A stretch of DNA of 64,000 nucleotides, from positions 8,897 to 72,896 of the forward strand of contig JAMFSI010000039.1 of assembly GCA_026225215.1 (NCBI GenBank), in the 5' to 3' direction. Position 1 is the stretch's first letter. Every line of letters starts with the position of its first letter. The notes under the pieces were generated by a model. That model did no database searches and was not told where the DNA came from. It saw only the letters and a program-made list of their open reading frames with translations. Positions 18,606-27,658 of this stretch are shown here, piece after piece. The stretch is from Sphingomonas palustris (GTDB lineage: Bacteria > Pseudomonadota > Alphaproteobacteria > Sphingomonadales > Sphingomonadaceae). A program made the position numbers and the translations under genes.

Positions 18606-19465
18606 GGCACGTTCTCCTCATCGAGTTCGATGCCCATCGCCGCCATTTCGCGCTCGGCCCAGAAAATCCGCCCGGTATATTCCCAGGGATTCTCGCAAGC
18701 GGAGAAATAGACCAGCATCCGCGCCGGGACGGTCATCGGCACGGCGACGCTGGGGTCGAGGCCCTTTTCCTTGACCCGGATCGCGACCAGTTCGGTCGCG
18801 ACCAGGCCCGGATGCAGGCCGATGATGGCGATATTCTTGGTGTGGAATTCGGGCGCCATGCAATTGCCGAAGCGGTCGAGCGCGCGCTTGCTGCTGTAAT
18901 AGCCTGGCACCGCGAGGCTGAAGCTGCCCTGCGCGGCCAGTTTCGGCGGCTCCTCCGCCTGGCGGAACACCTCGCCGCTGCCGGTCGAAAGATTGATGAT
19001 CCGCCCGCCGCCGCGCTGCTCCATGATCGGCACGCACAGCTGGGTCAGCGTGAACGGCGCGTGGACGTTGACATCGAACTGATAGAGCCATTCGGCGCGG
19101 GTCAATTCCGAAAACGGCTTACCCCAGATGTCGCCCGTTGTCGCGGCGGCATTGTTGATGAGGATATCGACGCCGCCAAAGCGGGTAACAGCGGCATCGA
19201 CCAGCCGCTTAAGATCGTCTTCCTGCGCCAGGTCGGTGGCGACGGCGATGGCCTGCCCGCCGAGATCTTCAATCTGCTTGAGCGTTTCGCCGATGGTGCC
19301 GGGCAGGGTGCTGTCCGCCTCGACGGTTCGCGCCGCCAGCACGACCTGCGCACCGCGCCGGGCAAAATCCAGCGCGGCCTGCTTGCCGACGCCGCGACTG
19401 GCGCCGGTGATAATTACGACCTTGCCTGAAAGGTCCAGCTCCTGCTGCCGCTCCATCCTCGTCAT
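18593..19465 (-). CDS. SDR oxidoreductase
   Basis: TGASRGVG, NNAA, YYSSK; start at 19465 or 19456. Confidence 0.92.
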   Translation of the reverse strand: MTRMERQQELDLSGKVVIITGASRGVGKQAALDFARRGAQVVLAARTVEADSTLPGTIGETLKQIEDLGGQAIAVATDLAQEDDLKRLVDAAVTRFGGVDILINNAAATTGDIWGKPFSELTRAEWLYQFDVNVHAPFTLTQLCVPIMEQRGGGRIINLSTGSGEVFRQAEEPPKLAAQGSFSLAVPGYYSSKRALDRFGNCMAPEFHTKNIAIIGLHPGLVATELVAIRVKEKGLDPSVAVPMTVPARMLVYFSACENPWEYTGRIFWAEREMAAMGIELDEENVPCPA

Positions 19466-19467
19466 CC

Positions 19468-19502
19468 TTCCAATAATGGAATATTGTTTCATATTATTGG
19501 AA
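19468..19502. promoter_or_regulatory. candidate IclR operator TTCCA-ATAA-TGGAA plus a degenerate second site
   Basis: Exact match to the 11080 site, overlapping the RBS of the SDR; second site TCATATTATTGGAA at 19489-19502. Confidence 0.75.
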
Positions 19503-19600
19503 TTGTGAAATTAAGCGGAAGCTGAGTCAACTGGTTTCGTATTGCTGGCAATGAAGGGCATCGAGGGCGCGCGCGGCATCGCCCTGTTAATCCAACGCAA

Positions 19601-19743
19601 AAATCCTCCCCCACTGGGGGAGGTGGCTCGCGTAGCGAGACGGCGGGGGTGTGCTGGAAAGCGTCAGGGAGAAGAAAGGATCTGCGAATCCGCCCCCACC
19701 GTCAGCCCTATGGGCTGCCACCTCCCCCAAAGGGGGAGGATTT
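19601..19743. repeat. REP-like palindrome pair, type CCTCCCCC..GGGGGAGG
   Basis: AAATCCTCCCCCACTGGGGGAGGTGGC ... GCCACCTCCCCCAAAGGGGGAGGATTT inverted doublet. Confidence 0.88.
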
Positions 19744-19751
19744 TAGATGAA

Positions 19752-20537
19752 TTAAGGCCGCATCACCCAGCCGCCATCGACATGGATCGTCTGGCCGGTG
19801 ATCCATTCACCCGCCGGCGAGCACAGCAGCAGCAGCGCGCCGACCAGTTCGTCGGGGGCGCCGCGCGGGTGAATGGCGCAGGTCATTTCGAGGAATTTGA
19901 TGAAGGGTGAATCATCGGGAACCAGCGCCTTGCCGGCATCGGAGGTGACGTTGCCGGGAGCAATGGCGTTGCAAGTGATCTTGTCCTTGCCGAATTGCTT
20001 GGCCAGCGTGGTGGTCAGGCCGACCAGCGCCAGCTTGCTGATGCCGTAAAGCCCGATCGCGGGAAAGGCGCCGCCAGAGGTCTGGTTGACGATGCGCCCG
20101 CCGCCGCGCGCGCGCATCGCCGGGATGACTGCCCGGCTGCACAACAGCGCGCCGTTGAGATTGACTGCAAAGGCGCGGTTCCAATTGTCGAGGCTGATCG
20201 TTTCGCAATTGTCGTAGCTGATATCGACCATCAGCGCGGCATTGTTGACGAGGATGTCGATGCCGCCAAAGGCGTGGGTGGCGGCTTCGGCCAAGGCCAG
20301 CGTCGAGGCTTCGTCGGCGACGTCGACCTTTACGCCGATCGCCTTGCCGCCGGCATTGGTGATTTCAGCAGCCACGGCCTGCGCGCCCGCCTCATTGAGA
20401 TCGGCGACCACTACCGCCGCTCCCGCTTGCGCCAGACCCAGGGCATAAGCGCGGCCGATCGAATTGCCGCGCCCGCCGGCGCCGGTGACGATGGCGACTT
20501 TGCCGTCGAGGCGGAATTGATCGTTGGTGAAGGTCAT
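19752..20537 (-). CDS. SDR oxidoreductase
   Basis: TGAGGRGNSIG, NNAA, YGISK; start moved to ATG 20537. Confidence 0.92.
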   Translation of the reverse strand: MTFTNDQFRLDGKVAIVTGAGGRGNSIGRAYALGLAQAGAAVVVADLNEAGAQAVAAEITNAGGKAIGVKVDVADEASTLALAEAATHAFGGIDILVNNAALMVDISYDNCETISLDNWNRAFAVNLNGALLCSRAVIPAMRARGGGRIVNQTSGGAFPAIGLYGISKLALVGLTTTLAKQFGKDKITCNAIAPGNVTSDAGKALVPDDSPFIKFLEMTCAIHPRGAPDELVGALLLLCSPAGEWITGQTIHVDGGWVMRP

Positions 20538-20541
20538 GTGA

Positions 20542-21363
20542 TTAGTCCTTGAGCGGTTCGCCGGTCGCGGCGGTGAGGAAGGGAGCGGCGGTATCGCGCA
20601 GCAAGCGCGCGCCGGGGTGAGCGGGCAGGATGGACGAGAGGAGCCCGACGTCCTTGACCAACAACGGCGCGCCCGTGACGAAGGCGGATGGTGTCGGCAA
20701 ACGCGCGGCGACCTCGAAGCCAAAGCTGCGGCCGCTGCTTTCGCGGATCAGCGCGGCGAGCGCAGCGCGCTCGATCCCGAGTGCCTCGCCCGCGCCCAGC
20801 GCGGCATCGGCCAGCCCCATATTGGCGGCGAGCAGGGCATTATTGATGATCTTGGCACGCTGGCCGGCGCCGACTTCGCCCAGCCGCACGATAGTCTTGC
20901 CGAAACTCGTAAAGACCGGCTGAGCCGCCTCGAATGCCACCGCGCTGGCGCCGCACATCACCGTCAGCGTGCCCGCCTCCGCGCCGGGGCCGCCGCCGCT
21001 CACCGGGGCATCGATCAAATCGAGCCCGGCGACCGCAGCGCGTTCGGCGAGCGCGATCACGCTTTCGGGCAGGACGGTGGAATGGATAGCGATGCGGCTG
21101 CCGGGGCGCATCGCCGGGATCAATCGATCGCAGACGGCGAAGACATCGGCATCATTGACGACGCAGACGCCGACATGATCGCAAGCCGCGCCCAATTCGG
21201 CCACGCTGGCTGCTGCGACCGCGCCAAGCGCCTCGAACGGTACCAGCGCCTCGGGCCGCCGCGCCCAGACGATCAGCGGCATACCTGCCTTGGCGATCCG
21301 GGCCGCCATCGGGCCGCCTTGACTGCCCAGGCCGATGAAGCCGATCATTTGTGCGTTGGTCAT
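20542..21363 (-). CDS. NAD(P)-dependent oxidoreductase, 3-hydroxyisobutyrate dehydrogenase family
   Basis: GFIGLGSQG, DAPVSGG, GAGQRAKIINN. Confidence 0.93.
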   Translation of the reverse strand: MTNAQMIGFIGLGSQGGPMAARIAKAGMPLIVWARRPEALVPFEALGAVAAASVAELGAACDHVGVCVVNDADVFAVCDRLIPAMRPGSRIAIHSTVLPESVIALAERAAVAGLDLIDAPVSGGGPGAEAGTLTVMCGASAVAFEAAQPVFTSFGKTIVRLGEVGAGQRAKIINNALLAANMGLADAALGAGEALGIERAALAALIRESSGRSFGFEVAARLPTPSAFVTGAPLLVKDVGLLSSILPAHPGARLLRDTAAPFLTAATGEPLKD

Positions 21364-22118
21364 CCTGCGGTGATTCCTGCATCGATAGTAAGGCAGGCGC
21401 CGTGATACCCGCGCCCCGCGTCCGAGGCGAGGTAGGCGACCAGATCGGCGACATCCTCGACCTCAACCGTGCCGCGCATCCCCGAAAAGCGCTTGATCAG
21501 TTCAAAATCACAGCCCTCGGGCGGTACGAAATTGGCGGCGATATTGGTGATCATCCCGCCCGGCGCCACGGCGTTGATCCGGATCGGCTGCTTCATATAT
21601 TCCATCGCCATCGCCTTGGTCATCTGCACCAGCCCGGCCTTGCTGGCGCAATAAGCGGCGGCATAGGCTTCGCCGATATGCGCGGCGGTGGAGGCGACAT
21701 TGACGATCGCGCCTTTCGCCGCGAGCAGATGCGGGATTGCCGCCTGGCTCAGCAGAAACGGCGCGGTCAGGTTCACCGCCAGCGTGCGATGCCACTGCTC
21801 GGCAGGCATCTGGTGGCTGTTGGCGAGATAGATCAGCCCGGCAACATTGCACAGCGCATCAAGCTGCCCAAAGCGGGCAATCGCGGCCTCGACCGCAGGG
21901 GCAGATTGCGCGGGATCGGATAGATCGGCGGTATGGGTAAGGACGGGTACGTCACCCAGCAAAGCCGCGGTTTCGGCCAGCGCCTCGGCGTTGATGTCGA
22001 CGATCACCAGGCTGGCGCCGGCGCCAGCGAGCTTGAGCGCCGTGGCCCGGCCCAACCCCGAGGCCGCGCCGGTAACCAGCGCGACTTTTCCGGTCATGTC
22101 CGCGATTTGCATGGGCAT
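21360..22118 (-). CDS. SDR oxidoreductase
   Basis: TGAASGLG, NVAG, YCASK. Confidence 0.93.
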   Translation of the reverse strand: MPMQIADMTGKVALVTGAASGLGRATALKLAGAGASLVIVDINAEALAETAALLGDVPVLTHTADLSDPAQSAPAVEAAIARFGQLDALCNVAGLIYLANSHQMPAEQWHRTLAVNLTAPFLLSQAAIPHLLAAKGAIVNVASTAAHIGEAYAAAYCASKAGLVQMTKAMAMEYMKQPIRINAVAPGGMITNIAANFVPPEGCDFELIKRFSGMRGTVEVEDVADLVAYLASDAGRGYHGACLTIDAGITAG

Positions 22119-22183
22119 CCTCGAAGTTTGCAGAAAGAAACCAAGGTCGTCATCGCGCGATCCGGCAAATGCGAGCGATCAAA

Positions 22184-22360
22184 CTCCCCGCCCGCTTGCG
22201 GGAGGGGTTGGGGGTGGGCATCTGCGCCCGCCGCAAGCTTTGGGCTGGAGGACCTAGCGCTAACATCGCCCGAAACCTGTCGCAATAATCCGGGCGTTTG
22301 CCACCAGGGTGAACATCGAAAAGTGCCCACCCCCGGCCCCTCCCGCAAGCGGGCGGGGAG
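22184..22360. repeat. REP-like palindrome pair, type CTCCCCGCCCGCTTGCGGGAGGGG (copy 1 of 2)
   Basis: ~37-bp inverted arms around a ~100-bp spacer; second copy at 30124. Confidence 0.92.
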
Positions 22361-22382
22361 AAGAAGTGCAGCGCTCCTTTCA

Positions 22383-23168
22383 TCACCCATTCCAGGGTTT
22401 ACCCTCGGCCACCTTCTTGATCATCTCGAATACCACGCTTTGGATCACCGAAGCCTTCGGCCAGCCGGCATGGATGCCATATGCCAGCACGAATTCCTGC
22501 ATTTCATCAGGCTGGCAATTGCCGCTGGCCATGGCGGCGTGGATGTGGCTGCGGATCGGGATATCGGACGAGCTTTCGGCGACGCCGACCAGCGTCATCC
22601 AGCGGCGCGAGCGTTCGTCGAGGCCGCGCCGGCACCACATTTCGCCGAACACGAAATTGCCGATGCCGGCGCCGAGATAGGGCGAACTGTTCGAGACGCC
22701 GGGAAAGGTCATGACTTTTTCGAACTCGGCAGCGCCTCTGGCCATGCGTTCTTCGGGGTCCCAGGCTTCGGCGCGGATCGGCGGGCAATCGGCGGGGGGC
22801 AGGCGCAGTTCCTCGGCGGCGCGGGTCACCGCACGATCGAGTTCGCCGCCGCGTGACCAGCCGGCATAGACCGACAGATGCAAGGCGGCCTCGCGCATTT
22901 CGGCCAGCGTCAGTTCCTTGCTTTTCAAAGCGCCGTGGACATAGCGGAACAGCTGGTCGCTGCCGTGCGGGCTCATCGCCGCGCCGGCCATGGCGATCAG
23001 ATAGCGCGCGCGACGATCGAGGCCAGGACGGCTCCACACCTCGGCAAAGATGAAATCGCGCCAGCTCTGCTCGTAAGGCGTGGCGGGGGAAGGGGCGGTG
23101 AAGCGGGTAATTTCCTCGGCGATGGCATGGCCGCGCGCGGAGCGTTCGGCAGGGTCGAGCAGGGTCAT
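22383..23168 (-). CDS. tandem-domain carboxymuconolactone decarboxylase-family protein
   Basis: Internal repeat: FAEVWSRPGLDRRAR and FGEMWCRRGLDERSR; YAGW and HAGWP. Confidence 0.88.
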   Translation of the reverse strand: MTLLDPAERSARGHAIAEEITRFTAPSPATPYEQSWRDFIFAEVWSRPGLDRRARYLIAMAGAAMSPHGSDQLFRYVHGALKSKELTLAEMREAALHLSVYAGWSRGGELDRAVTRAAEELRLPPADCPPIRAEAWDPEERMARGAAEFEKVMTFPGVSNSSPYLGAGIGNFVFGEMWCRRGLDERSRRWMTLVGVAESSSDIPIRSHIHAAMASGNCQPDEMQEFVLAYGIHAGWPKASVIQSVVFEMIKKVAEGKPWNG

Positions 23169-23218
23169 GCGGTATTTCTCCCGGGTAGCGCCGCGAAGTT
23201 GCCTCGCAGCGTTCTGTT

Positions 23219-24691
23219 CTAATCGGCCAGGTTAACCCAGACGTTCTTGACCTGCTGGAATTCCCGCAGCCCTTCGATGCCGCCGAGGCGGCCGTGGCCG
23301 GAATGTTTCATGCCGCCGAAGGGCACGCAAGGCGTCATCGCCTCGCCTGAACCATTGACCTGGATCTGCCCGGCCTCCATCGCCGCGGCGACACGGTGCG
23401 CGCGCGCGAGGTTGGTGGTGTGGATATAAGCGCCGAGGCCATAATCGCTGTCGTTGGCGAGTGCGATCGCTTCTTCCTCGCTATCGAAGGGGGTGACGAC
23501 CAGCACCGGGCCGAACACTTCGTTGCGCGAAATCTCCGAAGTGGGCGAAACGTCGGCGAGTACGGTGATCGGCAGGTAATAGCCCGAGGCGTGATCGCCT
23601 TGCAGCCTTTCGCCGCCACAGACCAGCCGCGCGCCATCCGCCACGCCGCGCGTGACCATCCCCGAGATGCGGTTCAGCGCCGTCTCGGAGATCACCGGAC
23701 CCATGAAGCAGTCCATGGCGAAGGGATCGCCGACCTTCACATGCCCGGCCATCGCGCTGAGCATTTGGAGATAGGGCTCATAAATCGAGCGTTCGACCAG
23801 CAGCCGCGTGCCGTTGACGCAGCCTTGGCCGTTAGCCGAGACCGCGCCCGACAAGCCACGCTTGGCCGCTGCCTGAAGATCGGCGTCGGCGAACACCAGC
23901 ACCGCCGATTTGCCGCCCAGCTCCAGCCCGACCGGCTTCAGGCTCTGCGCGGCACTGGCGAGGATCTTGCGTGCGGTGGCGCCGCTGCCGATGAATTCGA
24001 TCTTGCCGATGCCGGGGTGAGTGACCATCGCCGCACCGACATCCGCCGCACCGGTGACGAGATTGACGACGCCCGGCGGGAAACCTGCCTGCTGAATGAT
24101 CTCGACCAGCCGCATGACTGACCACGGCGCCAGTTCGGGCGCCTTGATGACGATACAATTGCCCGCCGCCAATGCCGGCGCCATGACCATGGTCGCGGCG
24201 AACAGGGGCCCATTCCATGGCACGATGATGCCGACCACGCCCCAGGGTTCGTAGCTGATGTAATCATGCGCCGGGCCACCCCAGGTGGCGACGGTGCGGC
24301 CCTCGACCTTGTCGGCCCAGCCGCCGAAATAGCGGAATTTCTGCGCGGCATCGAAGCTCATATGCGGGCCGGCGATGAAGATCGAGCCATTCTCGGCGGT
24401 CAGGATCGGTGCCATCTCCTGCGCCTGCGCTTCCATCAGGTCGGCAAGCTTGAGCATCAGGTTGCGGCGCTTGTCACCCGACAAGGCGCGCCACGCCGGA
24501 GCGGCGGCACGGGCGGCTTCGACCGCGCGATCGACATCGCCCAGGCTGGCCATGCGCAGTTCAGCGGTCACCCCGCCGGTGCCGGGATAGATATGGGCAT
24601 GGCTGTCGCCGGCGCCCGAGGTTTCCAGGCTGCCGCCGATAATCAGTGGATACTGTGGCAGAATGTCACGCGATGGATGCTGAAAACCCAT
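23219..24691 (-). CDS. aldehyde dehydrogenase
   Basis: IVPWNGP, FIGSG, LELGGKS, GQGCVNG (catalytic Cys), EVFGP; start ATG 24691. Confidence 0.95.
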   Translation of the reverse strand: MGFQHPSRDILPQYPLIIGGSLETSGAGDSHAHIYPGTGGVTAELRMASLGDVDRAVEAARAAAPAWRALSGDKRRNLMLKLADLMEAQAQEMAPILTAENGSIFIAGPHMSFDAAQKFRYFGGWADKVEGRTVATWGGPAHDYISYEPWGVVGIIVPWNGPLFAATMVMAPALAAGNCIVIKAPELAPWSVMRLVEIIQQAGFPPGVVNLVTGAADVGAAMVTHPGIGKIEFIGSGATARKILASAAQSLKPVGLELGGKSAVLVFADADLQAAAKRGLSGAVSANGQGCVNGTRLLVERSIYEPYLQMLSAMAGHVKVGDPFAMDCFMGPVISETALNRISGMVTRGVADGARLVCGGERLQGDHASGYYLPITVLADVSPTSEISRNEVFGPVLVVTPFDSEEEAIALANDSDYGLGAYIHTTNLARAHRVAAAMEAGQIQVNGSGEAMTPCVPFGGMKHSGHGRLGGIEGLREFQQVKNVWVNLAD

Positions 24692-24828
24692 GATTATCCT
24701 CTCCACGGGGTTAGCCCCGAATCCGATTTGCACCTTCATAATGGCTACATTAATCGCCGGTCAAGCGAAGATATAGGGGGTTCAAAGCTATTATGGACAA
24801 ATTATAGCGATATAATTAGGCTGCTGGG

Positions 24829-25557
24829 ATGACAGAGCTTTCTCATGTTGCCGCCCCCGGCCTAACGCGCCGCCGCCCCGTCCCCGATGCCGCCGAAGGC
24901 TTGCGCGAACTGGTCTTTGCAGCGGAACCCGACAGTCGCATCGGCTCGCTGCCCGATCTGGCGCGGCGGCTGGGGGTGGGCATCGGCACTGTCCAGCAGG
25001 CCGCGCGGGTGCTGGAGCATGAGGGACTGCTTGAAGTGCGGCGCGGACCCGGCGGTGGCTATTACGGCAAACGCCCCGATGCCGCCGCGCTGGAACGGGC
25101 CTTGTCGGCCTATATGCGGATGCACCCGACGTCTTACGATGAAGCGCTGGACATGACTTCGCTGCTGTTCACCGAACTGGCCTCGGCGGCGGCGGGATGC
25201 CGCGATGATGCGTTGCGCGCAGAGCTGACCGGGCTGCTATCGCGGATATTGCCCGGGGCCCCGGCCGAGGAGCGGATGGTCTTCGAAAGTCTGTTCCAGG
25301 ATTTGCTGTTCCGCATGGTCGATCGGCCTCTGTTCGAGATGCTGACCCGGGTGACGCTGCATTTCTCCGAAACCCGGGCCGGTCCGGGCGTGGTCATAAC
25401 CGGTGAACACGCTGAGCAATGGTGGCTGGGAAGGCAGACGATCATCGCTGCTATTCTTGCCGGCGATGGCGAACTCGCGCGTTTCGAGGCCGATCGGTGC
25501 AATCGCCGGATCGTGCTTAATCTGCGCCAGACAATTCGCGATTTGACGCAAGCTTGA
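24829..25557 (+). CDS. GntR/FadR-family regulator
   Basis: LPDLARRLGVGIGTVQQAARVLEHEGLLEVRRGPGGGYY. Confidence 0.88.
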   Translation: MTELSHVAAPGLTRRRPVPDAAEGLRELVFAAEPDSRIGSLPDLARRLGVGIGTVQQAARVLEHEGLLEVRRGPGGGYYGKRPDAAALERALSAYMRMHPTSYDEALDMTSLLFTELASAAAGCRDDALRAELTGLLSRILPGAPAEERMVFESLFQDLLFRMVDRPLFEMLTRVTLHFSETRAGPGVVITGEHAEQWWLGRQTIIAAILAGDGELARFEADRCNRRIVLNLRQTIRDLTQA

Positions 25558-25669
25558 GTTGACGAGATCGGCTCAACGCAGGGGCGATTGCCAGCGAGGG
25601 CCTATCTGGTACCTTGCCGCTAACCGGGGACGATGTCGCGCATCGCCTGACGAAAATTGGGAGAATAGA

Positions 25670-26083
25670 ATGCTCAAGCAGATATGCTTTTTCCGCAAGC
25701 GTCCCGACATGACCATGGACGCTTTCCTCGACTATTATGAAAACCAGCATTCGCAGCTGTCGAAGCGGGCCGGGCGGGCGCCGTCGATCCCCAATGCGGT
25801 GCGCTATGTGCGCCGCTATCTGGTGGCGGAGAAGAACCCGGTCACCGGCAAGGTGATCGATCCGGGCTTCGATTGCATCATGGAAATCTGGTGGAACAGC
25901 CGCGAGGATTTCGAGAACTCGCAACGCATCATCAGTTCACCCGATCGGCTGCCGTTCGTCAAAGAAGACGAACTCAACCTCTTCGCCTCGCACGATAATC
26001 CGGTCTGCACGGTGATCGAATATGATTCGCCGATGGGGCCGAATGGCGAGGCGACCACTATTGAGGTGAAGTACGGCGATTAG
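25670..26083 (+). CDS. EthD-domain (dimeric alpha/beta barrel) protein
   Basis: FFRKRPDMTMDAFLDYYENQH...FDCIMEIWW; start ATG 25670. Confidence 0.85.
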   Translation: MLKQICFFRKRPDMTMDAFLDYYENQHSQLSKRAGRAPSIPNAVRYVRRYLVAEKNPVTGKVIDPGFDCIMEIWWNSREDFENSQRIISSPDRLPFVKEDELNLFASHDNPVCTVIEYDSPMGPNGEATTIEVKYGD

Positions 26084-26146
26084 AATAGTCGCCGGCCCAC
26101 GATCCTCGCCGCGGGGTGCTATCGTTTTACACATTTGTTCTTTGTT

Positions 26147-26234
26147 CGTCATCCCGGCGAAGGCCGGGACCCAGAAACCCACCTATCGTCAATCGGTCAG
26201 GCTGGACTGGATTCCGGCCTTCGCCGGAATGACG
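26147..26234. repeat. REP-like palindrome pair, type CGTCATCCCGGCGAAGGCCGGGACCCAG
   Basis: Inverted doublet ending CTGGATTCCGGCCTTCGCCGGAATGACG, between convergent genes. Confidence 0.9.
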
Positions 26235-26251
26235 GAAATTCGCACGATGCT

Positions 26252-27658
26252 CTAACCGCGCGGCGTCAAAATCAGCGGCACGCCATGCCGGGGCCGCACC
26301 GTCAGCCGGCTGACCAGTTCCGGACGCCGGCCGGGCGGATGGGTCAGGCGAAAGGCGCGGATGATGCTGGCCAGGATGATCACCGCCTCCTGTTGGGCAA
26401 AGCCCGCGCCGATACATAGCCGCGCGCCCGCGCCGAACGGCAGCCAGGCGTTGCGCACCGCGTCGGCATTTTCGGGCCGGGCAAAACGCTCGGGATCGAA
26501 GCTGTGCGGGCAGCTCCAATTGGCGCTGTTGCGCTGGATCAACCAGGGCGCGATCACCAGCAGATCTTCGGGCTGGACGGGCTTGCCGCGCATGGTTTCG
26601 GGCGTGATTACCGAGCGCGGCAGGAAGGCCACTGGCGGATAGAGCCGCAGCGTCTCGCGAAACAGGTTGCGCACACTATCCAACCGCCGGACATGCTCGA
26701 ATTCCAGCGGACCGCCGCCGGTTTCCGCTTCGATGGCCGCGTATAGCTCCTCCTGAAGTTCCGGCTGTTCGGACAGCAGATACAGCGCCCAGGCGAGCGC
26801 GCTGGCCGAGGTTTCATGGCCGGCGAGGAAAATCAGCGAGATCTGGTGGACCAGCTCCTGGAAGGTGAAGGGCGCGCCCGTTTCGGGGTGGCGCGCGTCC
26901 ATCAGCGCTTCCATGATGTCGGCTTGCGCCGGGGCTTCGCCGCGCTGGCGGGCGTCATAGCGCGGGCGCATGATCGCGGTGAGCACGTCGTGGATCTTGT
27001 CGGCGGACTTCTGCGCGCGCCGCTTATAGCCGAATTGCGGCAGGCCATTGAGCCCGAGCATGGTGCTGCGCTGCGCTTGCGCCTGATAGCGGGTGAACTC
27101 GGTGTAGATCCGCATGGCTTCGTCGGCGCTGAGCTTGACCGAGAAGATCGTGCGGAAAATGATGTCGGCGGTGACATGCGTCATCAGCGGATCGATATCG
27201 ACCGGGCGGGTGCGATCGGCGTCGCGCATCATCGCCACGACATCTTCGGCGGCACCGAGCATTCGCGCATAGCCGCGCTGGAGATTGGTATGCGCGAAGG
27301 CGGGATTGACCATCTGGCGCTGGTCGGCCCACTCCTGGCCATTGGCCGAAAAGGTGCTGACCCCGATCAGCGGGCCGAGCATGTCCATCAGCACCGGATG
27401 CTTAGGATATTCGCGGCGCGGATCGTCGAGCACGCGGGTGACGATATCGAGATCGTTGACGACATAGAGCTTCAGCCGGGGCAGGCTGACCAATCCCATC
27501 TTCATCGTATAGCTGCGCTCGAACAGCGTATGAATCCAGCTGTTCCAGCCGATCGCGAAGCGCCGCAACAGTCCGGCCTTGGTCTTCAATGGTTCGGGGA
27601 AGGGCGGGATGAAGGGGCATTGCTGCGCGCCAGCATCGGACTTCTCTGGTTCAGGCAT
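26252..27658 (-). CDS. cytochrome P450, CYP172-like
   Basis: AGHETSA I-helix, ETLR, FDPERF, FGAGARLCIG heme-binding motif. Confidence 0.95.
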   Translation of the reverse strand: MPEPEKSDAGAQQCPFIPPFPEPLKTKAGLLRRFAIGWNSWIHTLFERSYTMKMGLVSLPRLKLYVVNDLDIVTRVLDDPRREYPKHPVLMDMLGPLIGVSTFSANGQEWADQRQMVNPAFAHTNLQRGYARMLGAAEDVVAMMRDADRTRPVDIDPLMTHVTADIIFRTIFSVKLSADEAMRIYTEFTRYQAQAQRSTMLGLNGLPQFGYKRRAQKSADKIHDVLTAIMRPRYDARQRGEAPAQADIMEALMDARHPETGAPFTFQELVHQISLIFLAGHETSASALAWALYLLSEQPELQEELYAAIEAETGGGPLEFEHVRRLDSVRNLFRETLRLYPPVAFLPRSVITPETMRGKPVQPEDLLVIAPWLIQRNSANWSCPHSFDPERFARPENADAVRNAWLPFGAGARLCIGAGFAQQEAVIILASIIRAFRLTHPPGRRPELVSRLTVRPRHGVPLILTPRG

